DNA from: Shigella phage Ag3
Length of the DNA stretch: 64,000 nt
Sequence record: FJ373894
Strand: one strand, 5' to 3'
Numbering within the stretch: the stretch's first letter is position 1; every line of letters starts with the position of its first letter. The translations under genes and the position numbers were made by a program. A model generated the notes under the pieces. It made no database searches, had not been told where the DNA came from, and saw nothing but the letters and a program-made list of their open reading frames with translations. This document shows, one piece after another, positions 1-8,551 of the stretch.

Positions 1-2757
1 ATGAAAATGCGCAAGTCCGAGCACTTCATCCGCTCGTCGTCTTCCATTCAGGGGCAGGCGTTTAACGTCAAAATGAACGACAAGATGTTTGAGACTCTGT
101 TCTCATCATTGTATCGTTACAAAGAGGCTGCAGCCCTGCGTGAAACCACCTGTAACGCCATCGACTCCCATGGCATGCGTGATCGTATGCACCGCATGGT
201 AGCATCCCACTACGCGCCTCTCACTCCCCCTCCTGCCCGCCACAGCAAATACCTGGCACCGAAGGGCACACGAGTTGTTGTGCATTTGCCTGATGACTTT
301 GAGCCATGGCTGGAAATCCGTGATTACGGTATCGGTCTGCCGCTTGAGAAGATCATCGGTGAAGCCATCCCAGCGCAGGAAGATGAGGTGCTGCTGGAAG
401 GCAACATGGTCGTGAAGGAAGACGAGATCCCCGATTCGGCCGAAGTCATCGGTATTCCAGGGTTCTACAATGGGTCTTTGGTGTTCCGTCGTGAAGACGG
501 CGAGATCATTCGTACGCCTGGATTGTACACCACCCTCTTCCACAGTACGAAGGAAGAAGATGATGATCAGATTGGGGCATTCGGTCTTGGCTCCAAATCA
601 CCATTTGCGGTATCGGATTCGTTCACTGTGGAAAGCCGCATGAACGGTAAACTCCATCGCTTCCTGATGTACCTGAACGCCAAGCGCATCCCGACTGTTG
701 ATCTGATCACCAAAGATCTTGAAACCCGTGATCCTAAGCCGGAAGACACCGATGAGTTCAACGGCATGACGGTGAAGATCCCGGTGAAGAACGCTCGTTT
801 CTCTGCATTCTCCGATGAACTGGTCCGTCTTGGTCGTGTTATGCGCCCTGAACAACGCCCGGTTGTCGAGAACGCTTCATACCGCTTCAGCTGGGAAGAT
901 ATCAGTTATGATTTCAAGGTCAACAATACGTACATCCAGCCGAAAGGCCAGGGGAACACCCATTATGCTGTGATGGGCGGCGTGTCATACCCGATTGACC
1001 TGGATCAGCTCGACCCAGACACTGCTTCTATCATGAGCAAGTTCCCGTCGTCTTATACATTCTTTGAACTCGGCTCACTGAACGTACCACCGTCACGTGA
1101 AGACCTGTCGTATGACGAATTCACGCGTGAGACGCTCTCTGAGGAGTTTAAGGGCACCGCCAATGCAATCTTGGCAGAAAAGATGCGCGACCTGGAGTTG
1201 GCGTGTAAGCGTGGTCCTCTTGCCCTGTATATGGAGAAGGCAAGACTGAGCGAAATGTTCGGCAGCGGGTTCCGTAAGATGGTTGAAAAGGAATACCCGG
1301 CGGACAAGCGCTTCCACGATTCATATTATCGTTACCCTCTGCCTGTTGAGATTGATCGCGATTATGACCATACCGCTCCGTTCAATGAGCTGTCATCGCC
1401 GTTCTCTATGGAGATCTTCTATGACTGGGGTGAGTCCAGTACTTTGACCATTTCAGAAATCCAGAAGTGGATTGATCGTGGACAGCATGTTACTGTGGTG
1501 ATCGAAGATAGTGTTCGTGCTCGTAACCTGAAGATCAAGCAGCTGAAAGATACAGGGACGATGGTCATCGTGGCCAAGCCGAACACATCCTATGTCACCA
1601 AGCGCAACCAATCTAAGGACAACCCTGCGTTCAAGAATTCTCAGGCTCTCTATGATTTCTTTGAAACTTGGATTGGCAAAGAAGAAACGACAGTCGATTA
1701 TCTGTGCTTCGCTGACAAGTTCGTCGATTGGCTGAGTGCGGTGCTGGAGCCTGCTGAAGTCAAGTTCATGAACGAACTGACGTATGTCACGCCTCCGGTC
1801 ACCAAAGACCCTGGCCTGTTTCCGTTCACGTCCAGCAACTTCGACATAAAACAGTATGAAGAACTGACGGGCGACCAGATCTCAGATATTATCAACAAGG
1901 GCGAGCGCATCGTCTATATCGAAGTGTCTGGGCACGAGTGTATCCACCAAGTAATGGACAGAACGTTGACAGCTGCGGCGGCGCGGGGTATTCGTAAATC
2001 TCTGTATGAGCACGCAGTCAGTGTTGACGATGAAGGCAAGCCAGTGTATATCAGCGATATGTTGAATGTCCACAATAGGATCTTCCTGGCTCGCCGTAAA
2101 TCCGTGCCAATGATGAAGAAGTTCCCAGAAGTCTTCATCCCGATTGATGAAATCCTGAAGATCATGTTGGAAAACGTGAAGCCTATGATGGAGCGCGATA
2201 GCGCCAGGCGCATACTGGAATCATACCGCCGCATGCGCCTTGGGGCAGATCGTTTAAAATACGGGAGCCGTCTGGTTCACCAGGCGTTTGGTGTTGTTGA
2301 AGACGATCGTTATGGCAAATTGGTCAACCGTTACAACAAGTTAATGAAAGTCGTGGACGATATCTTGGATGAGCAGACTGTACGTCATTACCAAAGCCTG
2401 GCGAAAGCCCCGGTTTCAATCAATGACAAGCGTCGCTTTAGCCATTTCCAGGACACAATACATTCTCTTAACGTGAATTTGTACGCCAACGAGCGTGACG
2501 AAAAGATCTTCCGTTCAGAACATCAGATGCTACAGATCTTTGGCTACGCTTCGGATGTGTTGCGGTCTCATGGTTTTACGCCGTTTGATATATCGAGGAC
2601 TCCGTCATTGAAAGCAAGGCGGGAAAACCGATTGACCATCGAGCGCCACCGTGTTATCCGGTTCTTGAAAGAGAATTACAAACCAAGCGCCCTGAACCCG
2701 ATTGAAAATTCTTCGGATTACTTGGACGTTATTTCAAATTCCATCATCAGGGCATAA
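1..2757 (+). CDS. rIIA: rIIA-like protein with N-terminal GHKL (Hsp90/GyrB-type) ATPase domain
   Basis: 918-aa ORF; GHKL motifs in canonical order: N-box ETTCNAIDSHG, G1 IRDYGIGLP, G2 GAFGLGSKSPF; followed by rIIB-like gene. ATG at window position 1, so the true N-terminus could lie upstream. Confidence 0.55.
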   Translation: MKMRKSEHFIRSSSSIQGQAFNVKMNDKMFETLFSSLYRYKEAAALRETTCNAIDSHGMRDRMHRMVASHYAPLTPPPARHSKYLAPKGTRVVVHLPDDFEPWLEIRDYGIGLPLEKIIGEAIPAQEDEVLLEGNMVVKEDEIPDSAEVIGIPGFYNGSLVFRREDGEIIRTPGLYTTLFHSTKEEDDDQIGAFGLGSKSPFAVSDSFTVESRMNGKLHRFLMYLNAKRIPTVDLITKDLETRDPKPEDTDEFNGMTVKIPVKNARFSAFSDELVRLGRVMRPEQRPVVENASYRFSWEDISYDFKVNNTYIQPKGQGNTHYAVMGGVSYPIDLDQLDPDTASIMSKFPSSYTFFELGSLNVPPSREDLSYDEFTRETLSEEFKGTANAILAEKMRDLELACKRGPLALYMEKARLSEMFGSGFRKMVEKEYPADKRFHDSYYRYPLPVEIDRDYDHTAPFNELSSPFSMEIFYDWGESSTLTISEIQKWIDRGQHVTVVIEDSVRARNLKIKQLKDTGTMVIVAKPNTSYVTKRNQSKDNPAFKNSQALYDFFETWIGKEETTVDYLCFADKFVDWLSAVLEPAEVKFMNELTYVTPPVTKDPGLFPFTSSNFDIKQYEELTGDQISDIINKGERIVYIEVSGHECIHQVMDRTLTAAAARGIRKSLYEHAVSVDDEGKPVYISDMLNVHNRIFLARRKSVPMMKKFPEVFIPIDEILKIMLENVKPMMERDSARRILESYRRMRLGADRLKYGSRLVHQAFGVVEDDRYGKLVNRYNKLMKVVDDILDEQTVRHYQSLAKAPVSINDKRRFSHFQDTIHSLNVNLYANERDEKIFRSEHQMLQIFGYASDVLRSHGFTPFDISRTPSLKARRENRLTIERHRVIRFLKENYKPSALNPIENSSDYLDVISNSIIRA

Positions 2758-2788
2758 TAGTCCTGTTAACCAACGTGGGAACTACAAG

Positions 2789-4351
2789 ATGAACAAGATT
2801 GACGAAAAGATCCTCAAGCATTTGAAGGCAGGCATGAGCCAGAGCGCAATTGCTACTCTGTTGGGCATACCCCGCTCGACTGTACAACGTGTTGCAGACA
2901 CGGAACTCGGTGTTAACCCGTTATCGCTGAAATCTCTGACCACTGAAGAGATTCAGCAGATTCAGGTGAAGAGCAAGGCTGGTGAAAGCAACCGCGCCCT
3001 GGCTGAGTTCTTTGCTGTAAGCGCCAAGACCATTGCTCGCGCTCTGCTGGTCCGGATTACTGAGGAGGAAAACAAGGTAACTGTGATCTCTCCTATCAAG
3101 CAGGAAGAGCAGGAAGTATTCGAAGTACAGCCTGGTGGAACAGCCAAAGACAAAGATGGCTCAGAATGGTATGTTGGGGCATACCTACCGAACCACAACA
3201 AGTATCTGTGTCTCACTAACGACGGTAATTTCAAAGGGGCTTTCTTTGAAAAATCCGAAATGACTCCTGTGGAAGGTGATAGTCGCGCTTTCGGTGTTGA
3301 AGCTATCGGCAAGATGGCAGAAATTTCTGTGGCGCTGTCAGAAGGTGCGGATAAAGTTCCGAGCAACGTTGAAATCAGCGTTGTGGTTGATGGGGAAACC
3401 TATCCTATTCGTGGATCCTTGGATGCCCGTCGTCGTGTTGGTTACTTCGATGCCATCCTCGGCCGCACCCTGCGCCTGGCTCTGTCTTCTGTAGAATTCA
3501 CCGTCGCTATCAAAGACGTTGAAGAAGTGGCTGATGACAAGAAGACCAAGCAGGACTTCGGTGCGAAAGACCTGGACGTGTTCCTGAACGAACACCAGAT
3601 CCTGATTCTGCCTGACAGCGTTGTTATCGCGATTGATGGCAAGCCGGAAACGATCACCACTTCACATCCAGCATATGACCGCATCGTACAGGCGATCAAA
3701 GACAAAGACGTGAAGCTGGCTTACTCCCTGATGCGCCCTCGTGATGCCATCGCGAAGTACGCTGAAGGTCTGGTAGACGTGTCTGACAACCGTGTCCGCT
3801 GGTCTGGCCATGACATCACAGGCACATCCATCGCCAAGCGCGTACTGGCGCTGATGCTGAAGGGCGACTTCCACAACCTGGACCGCATGGCGAAGTTTAT
3901 GGACAAAATGTTCCAGAACCCGTCGGCTGCTCTGGTTCAGTCTGGGCGCATCTATGAGTTCATGGCGTACTCCGACATCGAAATTGACGACGATGGTGAC
4001 ATCATCCTCTACAAATCGGTGCGCGGCAACTACATGGACAAGCACAGCAACACGATCAGCAACGCCCCTGGCACTATCGTGCGGATGGCTCGCTCATTCG
4101 TGAACGACAACAACTCCGACCTGTGTTCATACGGTCTGCATGTGTGCTCCCTGGCCTACCTGAAACAGTGCTTCGGTTCTGTTGGCCAGCGCGTTGTTCG
4201 CTGTAAGCTGAACCCGAAAGATATCGTGTCTATCACCAACGATTACGGTTCCAGTAAAATCCGCTGCTGCGAATACCTGGTGTTGGATGACTACACTGCT
4301 GAGTACAACCGTCAGCACAAGTCTATTGACGTGACAGGTCTGTACAAGTAA
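2789..4351 (+). CDS. rIIB: rIIB-like protein with N-terminal helix-turn-helix
   Basis: 520 aa from ATG 2789 (GGGA upstream); HTH-like MSQSAIATLLGIPRSTVQRV; directly downstream of rIIA-like gene; assignment by position and size only. Confidence 0.4.
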   Translation: MNKIDEKILKHLKAGMSQSAIATLLGIPRSTVQRVADTELGVNPLSLKSLTTEEIQQIQVKSKAGESNRALAEFFAVSAKTIARALLVRITEEENKVTVISPIKQEEQEVFEVQPGGTAKDKDGSEWYVGAYLPNHNKYLCLTNDGNFKGAFFEKSEMTPVEGDSRAFGVEAIGKMAEISVALSEGADKVPSNVEISVVVDGETYPIRGSLDARRRVGYFDAILGRTLRLALSSVEFTVAIKDVEEVADDKKTKQDFGAKDLDVFLNEHQILILPDSVVIAIDGKPETITTSHPAYDRIVQAIKDKDVKLAYSLMRPRDAIAKYAEGLVDVSDNRVRWSGHDITGTSIAKRVLALMLKGDFHNLDRMAKFMDKMFQNPSAALVQSGRIYEFMAYSDIEIDDDGDIILYKSVRGNYMDKHSNTISNAPGTIVRMARSFVNDNNSDLCSYGLHVCSLAYLKQCFGSVGQRVVRCKLNPKDIVSITNDYGSSKIRCCEYLVLDDYTAEYNRQHKSIDVTGLYK

Positions 4352-4369
4352 TCTTCAGTAAACCTACAA

Positions 4370-4392
4370 GGGGGCTTCGGCCTCCTTTTCTT
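4370..4392 (+). terminator. intrinsic terminator after rIIB-like gene
   Basis: GGGGGC-TTCG-GCCTCC hairpin (one G-U pair, UUCG tetraloop) followed by TTTTCTTT, 19 nt after the stop codon. Confidence 0.6.
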
Positions 4393-4402
4393 TGAGGTCG
4401 AT

Positions 4403-4708
4403 ATGTTAACCACTGATGTCTACTTCAAATATGCCCAGCAAGCATATGGACCACACCGCCGGATAACGAAGTTCCTGATTGACTCTTTCCAATTCGAAGG
4501 AGAGACCAGGGAATACTCCCACAAACAATTCCCTCCCCGTGAAGTGCATGGCGACCAGTTCGTGAAGTTGTTCTGTCGCTGTGGTGGTTGTGACTTCACA
4601 GATGATGGGTATGCAATGCACGTATACTGCTGCAATTGCTGTGGTAAATACATAACAGTCTATAGGAGAACCAATCATGGCGAAGAAACCCGAAACCAAG
4701 AAAGTTGA
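4403..4708 (+). CDS. hypothetical Cys-rich protein
   Basis: 101-aa ORF with GAGG 5 nt upstream of ATG; Cys cluster CRCGGCDF...CCNCCGKY; overlaps next ORF by 32 nt, so uncertain. Confidence 0.3.
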   Translation: MLTTDVYFKYAQQAYGPHRRITKFLIDSFQFEGETREYSHKQFPPREVHGDQFVKLFCRCGGCDFTDDGYAMHVYCCNCCGKYITVYRRTNHGEETRNQES

Positions 4709-5102
4709 AACCGCAACTACAGCCCCCGTTGATGACATCCAGGCGAAGGAGGAAGGTGTGTTACCTACCTACCTGCAACGCGCTGTAGACAACATGCCTA
4801 CAGGCGGGGATGGAGGCGTCGTCTACGCTGGCGGGTACGGTTGGGTGTGCGAATACCAAGACGGCACCAAAGAACTCCTCCAGGAGCTTCCAGGGCTGGC
4901 GTCCACGCTGAAGCGTTATGGTCGCGACAAGTATGGCAAGCCGTTTGAGAAGGGCGCTGTCATCTCCACCAACATTACAGCAGATACTCTGAACCTTCTG
5001 GGTGTGGACGACCTGAAGCTGCTGGCTGAACCTTTGGGTATCACAGTAGAAGATCGCATTACGTTGATTGCTCAACTGATCGAAAAATTGCAGATTAAAT
5101 AA
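4677..5102 (+). CDS. hypothetical protein
   Basis: 141-aa ORF, AGGAG 8 nt upstream of ATG; no recognisable motif. Confidence 0.45.
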   Translation: MAKKPETKKVETATTAPVDDIQAKEEGVLPTYLQRAVDNMPTGGDGGVVYAGGYGWVCEYQDGTKELLQELPGLASTLKRYGRDKYGKPFEKGAVISTNITADTLNLLGVDDLKLLAEPLGITVEDRITLIAQLIEKLQIK

Positions 5103-5131
5103 AGCAGTGTACAACAGCTGAATTAATCTAT

Positions 5132-5524
5132 ATGGTTATCGTTGACGAAAGCAATCTGATAGAGTATGCCCTGAGGCATTACATTGTTGATTCTATCTCA
5201 CGGGATGAGTTGCTGACAGACATACAGCGAATTTCGCTAATTAACCAATCATTGAAGAGATTTGTGCCTGGCAAGAGTCCAAGGCTCATATTGAATCAGC
5301 TGATCACTCTCTTCAATACGTTCGAAGCAGAAGCAGTCTGTCGTATGCTTGTGTTGAAAACGGATAAGTCTCAGCTTCCGCGCCTCAAGGCTGCTTTGTT
5401 GACGTTAGGCGTATGGCGTGATGATTTATGTTCCGGTTCATACGAACCAGATAACGAGCTATTAATGGCTCTGAACAACGATTTGGGCGAGTGGAGGAAA
5501 CCATGCCAACAATCACTGTATTAG
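5132..5524 (+). CDS. hypothetical protein
   Basis: 130-aa ORF; weak RBS; no recognisable motif. Confidence 0.4.
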   Translation: MVIVDESNLIEYALRHYIVDSISRDELLTDIQRISLINQSLKRFVPGKSPRLILNQLITLFNTFEAEAVCRMLVLKTDKSQLPRLKAALLTLGVWRDDLCSGSYEPDNELLMALNNDLGEWRKPCQQSLY

Positions 5525-6312
5525 TAGCACCGGAAGTTGTTCGCAACAAACCGGAAACCGAGCGTCTGCACACCGTGACAGGCACTGCCAAGGGTTGGGA
5601 AAAGACCAGTCTTAACCAAGACCCTGACGAGATCCTGACCGAGTGTAAAGGCCTGGATGCACTTCTGACCAAGAGCAATCTTCAGGCTGATGGCGTGACC
5701 AAAGTTGATCCAACCAAGCCTATCGGCTTCGAGATCTCTTACGAAATCCACGACCCAAGCGCCGTGCTGACCACTGGCCTGACCATCACCCCTGCGACTG
5801 CTGGTGGTGAAGTCGGTCAGGTTGTTGAACTGCTGGCGACCGTCGCTCCGGCGAACGCGACCTACCAGGGTGTCAACTGGTACTCTGGTGACATCACCAA
5901 AGCTGTACACATCGGCGGTGGTAAATTCAAGCTGCTGGCTCCTGGTTCTGTGACTGTGTACGGTGTTACCATCGAAGGTGGTCACACTGACTCTACCGTC
6001 ATCACAGTGGCGGGTGCGCTGGCTCTGTCTACTGATCTGGCCGCTTCTCAGGATGTGACAGCAGGTGCTGACGCAACCTTCACCATCGCCGCTACAGGCG
6101 GCACTACCCCATACACATATGCTTGGTACTTCTCTGATGTCCCTGGCGGTGAAGGTGTGGTGATCGATGCTGGCGCTAACGCCACTGCTGCTACAGCAAG
6201 CCTGGTTATCACTGCCGTTGATGCCGCCGACGAGGGTGAGTACTGGTGCGTTGTTGAAGACGCCGACGGCCACTCTGTGACCTCCACCCGTTGTGAAATG
6301 GCTGTGGTCTAA
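5503..6312 (+). CDS. Ig-like domain protein (Big_2-like plus second Ig-like domain); possible virion decoration protein
   Basis: 269 aa from ATG 5503 (GGAGGAAA upstream); Big_2-like segment VVELLATVAPANATYQGVNWYSGD...TVITV; second Ig-like segment with TYAWYF and DEGEYWCVVED, as in phage Hoc-type proteins. Confidence 0.5.
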   Translation: MPTITVLVAPEVVRNKPETERLHTVTGTAKGWEKTSLNQDPDEILTECKGLDALLTKSNLQADGVTKVDPTKPIGFEISYEIHDPSAVLTTGLTITPATAGGEVGQVVELLATVAPANATYQGVNWYSGDITKAVHIGGGKFKLLAPGSVTVYGVTIEGGHTDSTVITVAGALALSTDLAASQDVTAGADATFTIAATGGTTPYTYAWYFSDVPGGEGVVIDAGANATAATASLVITAVDAADEGEYWCVVEDADGHSVTSTRCEMAVV

Positions 6313-6314
6313 TC

Positions 6315-6545
6315 ATGAAGGGCTTCCAGGACTTTCTTGAAGACTCGGCAGCCCCTGGCACCACTACCACCGATGTGGGGAAACCCGAAGGTGGTATGGT
6401 GAAAGAGCCTGTCAAGAAGCCCAAGGATCTTGAGGAAGAACAAGAGCAGACCCCCTTCCAAAAGATCTTTGGAAACATCTTCAAAGACCTGGATCTGAAG
6501 AATGCGCGAAAGTGGAACTTCAGGACAGGCAAATATGAAGACTAA
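6315..6545 (+). CDS. small protein with capsid-targeting-sequence-like N-terminus (candidate internal head protein)
   Basis: 76 aa; N-terminus MKGFQDFLEDS resembles T4 internal-protein CTS (MKTYQEFIAE, recalled); same N-terminal motif in ORFs 60863..61102 and 61112..61681. Confidence 0.4.
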   Translation: MKGFQDFLEDSAAPGTTTTDVGKPEGGMVKEPVKKPKDLEEEQEQTPFQKIFGNIFKDLDLKNARKWNFRTGKYED

Positions 6546-6546
6546 A

Positions 6547-6568
6547 AGAGGCTCCGGCCTCTTTTTCA
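6547..6568 (+). terminator. intrinsic terminator
   Basis: AGAGGC-TCCG-GCCTCT hairpin followed by TTTTTCATTT, starting 2 nt after the stop at 6545. Confidence 0.65.
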
Positions 6569-6633
6569 TTTCCAGCATTCGGTGTATAATGGACCCGTTC
6601 CCCATGAGCGGAACCTAACTGAGGATACACCAA

Positions 6634-7146
6634 ATGCAATCCATGATCAAACGTAAAGTAGAAATCTCCCTGAATGCCCATGTTGAAATGATCCAGCAGC
6701 TTGTGTCTGACGCATATGAGATACAAAAGGATCGCCAATCGAAGGGAGGCGTGATGGACCCCACCTGTCCCGGAAACATACTACACTATCGCATGCTGCG
6801 CTGGACTGGGCATACGGCTGCTCTGAAGAAACTGCTTTCTAAAAGATTCCAGGCCGAAAACGATGCCTATGTGTTTGGCGTCTTCCATAATTCGCGTGAA
6901 CGCGATGCGCTCTTCCATCCTTCCCGCAACCCACAGACAGGCGAAGAACTGCCTATCCCTGATGTCGACAAGAAAGAGAGCACGGCCACCATCGCTCATT
7001 TCATGGGCACGGATATCGATAAAGCAAACATCATCGTGTTCTCTGATACACTTCATGATCCGAAACGCTTGGCTGCCGCCCATGAAATGTTGCGTAATAG
7101 CCGCAGTGCTTTCACAAATTTGACTTTAGTAGTGTTTCTGGGCTAG
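6634..7146 (+). CDS. hypothetical protein
   Basis: 170-aa ORF; GAGGA upstream; TATAAT at 6585-6590 about 45 nt upstream. Confidence 0.45.
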   Translation: MQSMIKRKVEISLNAHVEMIQQLVSDAYEIQKDRQSKGGVMDPTCPGNILHYRMLRWTGHTAALKKLLSKRFQAENDAYVFGVFHNSRERDALFHPSRNPQTGEELPIPDVDKKESTATIAHFMGTDIDKANIIVFSDTLHDPKRLAAAHEMLRNSRSAFTNLTLVVFLG

Positions 7147-7195
7147 ATAGTTACAGGGGAGGAAACTCCCCTATTTCCCTAACAGGAGGCGCACA

Positions 7196-7393
7196 ATGTA
7201 CAAGTTCAGAATTAACAGAGAACGTAATTCGTTCAAGTTCGGTGTAGTCGCTGGAGTTTGTTTGTTCCTGGCGCTCGAAAGCGTTGTCAGCCTGCTTACA
7301 ACATCACAAATGCAGGTGACTCGTTACCTACTTGCCATTATATTTTCTGCTGTCGGTTTACTCTGCTCCTATTTGGGGTGTGTGAAGAAATAA
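7196..7393 (+). CDS. small membrane protein
   Basis: 65 aa, AGGAGG RBS; two hydrophobic segments (VVAGVCLFLALESVV, LLAIIFSAVGLLCSYL). Confidence 0.4.
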   Translation: MYKFRINRERNSFKFGVVAGVCLFLALESVVSLLTTSQMQVTRYLLAIIFSAVGLLCSYLGCVKK

Positions 7394-7435
7394 ACTGGCT
7401 GCACACAGCAATACTTTGATTTGAGAAACTACATC

Positions 7436-7924
7436 ATGATGCTGTTAATGAGCGTTCCACAGAACAAGATGACCCCTGAAACAGAGGGTAAGAATCACTT
7501 CAACATCTACAGCCAGAGCCAAACGGAACTCGGGCGCTTCCTCTCGCATTTTGCCCATCATCCAGTGACTACCTATGAGCACGGCGTGTTCAACTCCATG
7601 GAAGGCTACTGGTATTGGCTAAAGTACAGGGATGACAACCTGCGCTTGCTCGACGGCTACGAAGCCAAGCAATATGGGCAGGGGTTGGCGGCCACTCGCA
7701 TCGCTGTCCTTGATCCATCATCCGAAGAATTCAAGCGCGACATTCTGTTTGCCACCAGCATGAAACTCCAGACAATGCCCGACCTGCTGAAGATCAGATT
7801 GGCGTACAGTCGACTCCCTCTGATCCATGCATACGTTCGGAACGGGAAATATAGTTTTCAAAACTCTATGGACTTTATCATAGACCACATTAATCGTCTC
7901 CGCATACAAGGAACTTTGAAATGA
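7436..7924 (+). CDS. NADAR-domain (YbiA-like) protein, putative ADP-ribose/N-glycoside hydrolase
   Basis: Segment IYSQSQTELGRFLSHFAHHPVTTYEHGVFNSMEGYWYWLKY matches the YbiA/NADAR core pattern (FYS.S..G.FSNF...P.....G..F.SxEhYFQ..KF) recalled from E. coli YbiA; about 162 aa, typical domain size. Confidence 0.5.
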   Translation: MMLLMSVPQNKMTPETEGKNHFNIYSQSQTELGRFLSHFAHHPVTTYEHGVFNSMEGYWYWLKYRDDNLRLLDGYEAKQYGQGLAATRIAVLDPSSEEFKRDILFATSMKLQTMPDLLKIRLAYSRLPLIHAYVRNGKYSFQNSMDFIIDHINRLRIQGTLK

Positions 7925-8502
7925 AATTTCTACATACCATCATTGGCACTTCTTATGATTGCACTGCTCATTGCCCTGACCGTTCGTCTGTGTTCGTCCT
8001 AGGTAAACTGGTAGAAGAATTGTGTGAGCTGTCTGATGTCTACAATGGCCTGGCGGCGTCGGAACCCCTGAACGGTGAAATCGCTGATGTTATCATCTCT
8101 GCGATTGATTTGCTATATGTCGTGGAGTTTAACCCTCACCAAATCAATGGTTGCATGAACAAGGAAGAAATGATCGATTCTGTTATCTTCCGTCTTGCAG
8201 AATTGGGGGCGACAGAATCAAAAGATGTGGAGAGCCACTGGTTCCATGTGGGTGATCTGAAACCGGAGAAGCATCTGGCGCTGGCCTTGCACTATCTAGG
8301 CAGAACAACCCGCCTTTTGAACCAACCATACCGTTCAGAAGACGATCTGGCGTACCTGGTGGACAGGATCATCACCTTCGCGGCCAAAATGGCTTGCGCT
8401 GTTGGCATCGTCAACTCTGTGTCTCAGTCGGACACGCGAGTGAAGGTGGAACACGCTATTGAACACAAAGTTGAAAAGTGGCGCACTAAATTTGGTCTAT
8501 AA
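7921..8502 (+). CDS. putative MazG-like nucleotide pyrophosphohydrolase
   Basis: 193 aa; ATGA overlap with upstream gene; acidic helix pattern LGKLVEELCELSD...GEIADVIISAIDLL resembles MazG-type EExxE motifs; weak. Confidence 0.3.
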   Translation: MKFLHTIIGTSYDCTAHCPDRSSVFVLGKLVEELCELSDVYNGLAASEPLNGEIADVIISAIDLLYVVEFNPHQINGCMNKEEMIDSVIFRLAELGATESKDVESHWFHVGDLKPEKHLALALHYLGRTTRLLNQPYRSEDDLAYLVDRIITFAAKMACAVGIVNSVSQSDTRVKVEHAIEHKVEKWRTKFGL

Positions 8503-8551
8503 CCCAAGCCCATACATAATCTTGTGTGTTTACCATTGACGGGATAGACCG

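Noticed and set aside
106-2234. Several minus-strand ORFs (106..543, 598..855, 1914..2234 and others) within the rIIA-like gene
   Set aside because: Antisense to a long ORF with clear GHKL motifs; short, with no start context.
5521-6273. Minus-strand ORF 5521..6273 (250 aa)
   Set aside because: Fully antisense to the Ig-like domain gene, whose Big_2/Ig motifs support the plus-strand frame.
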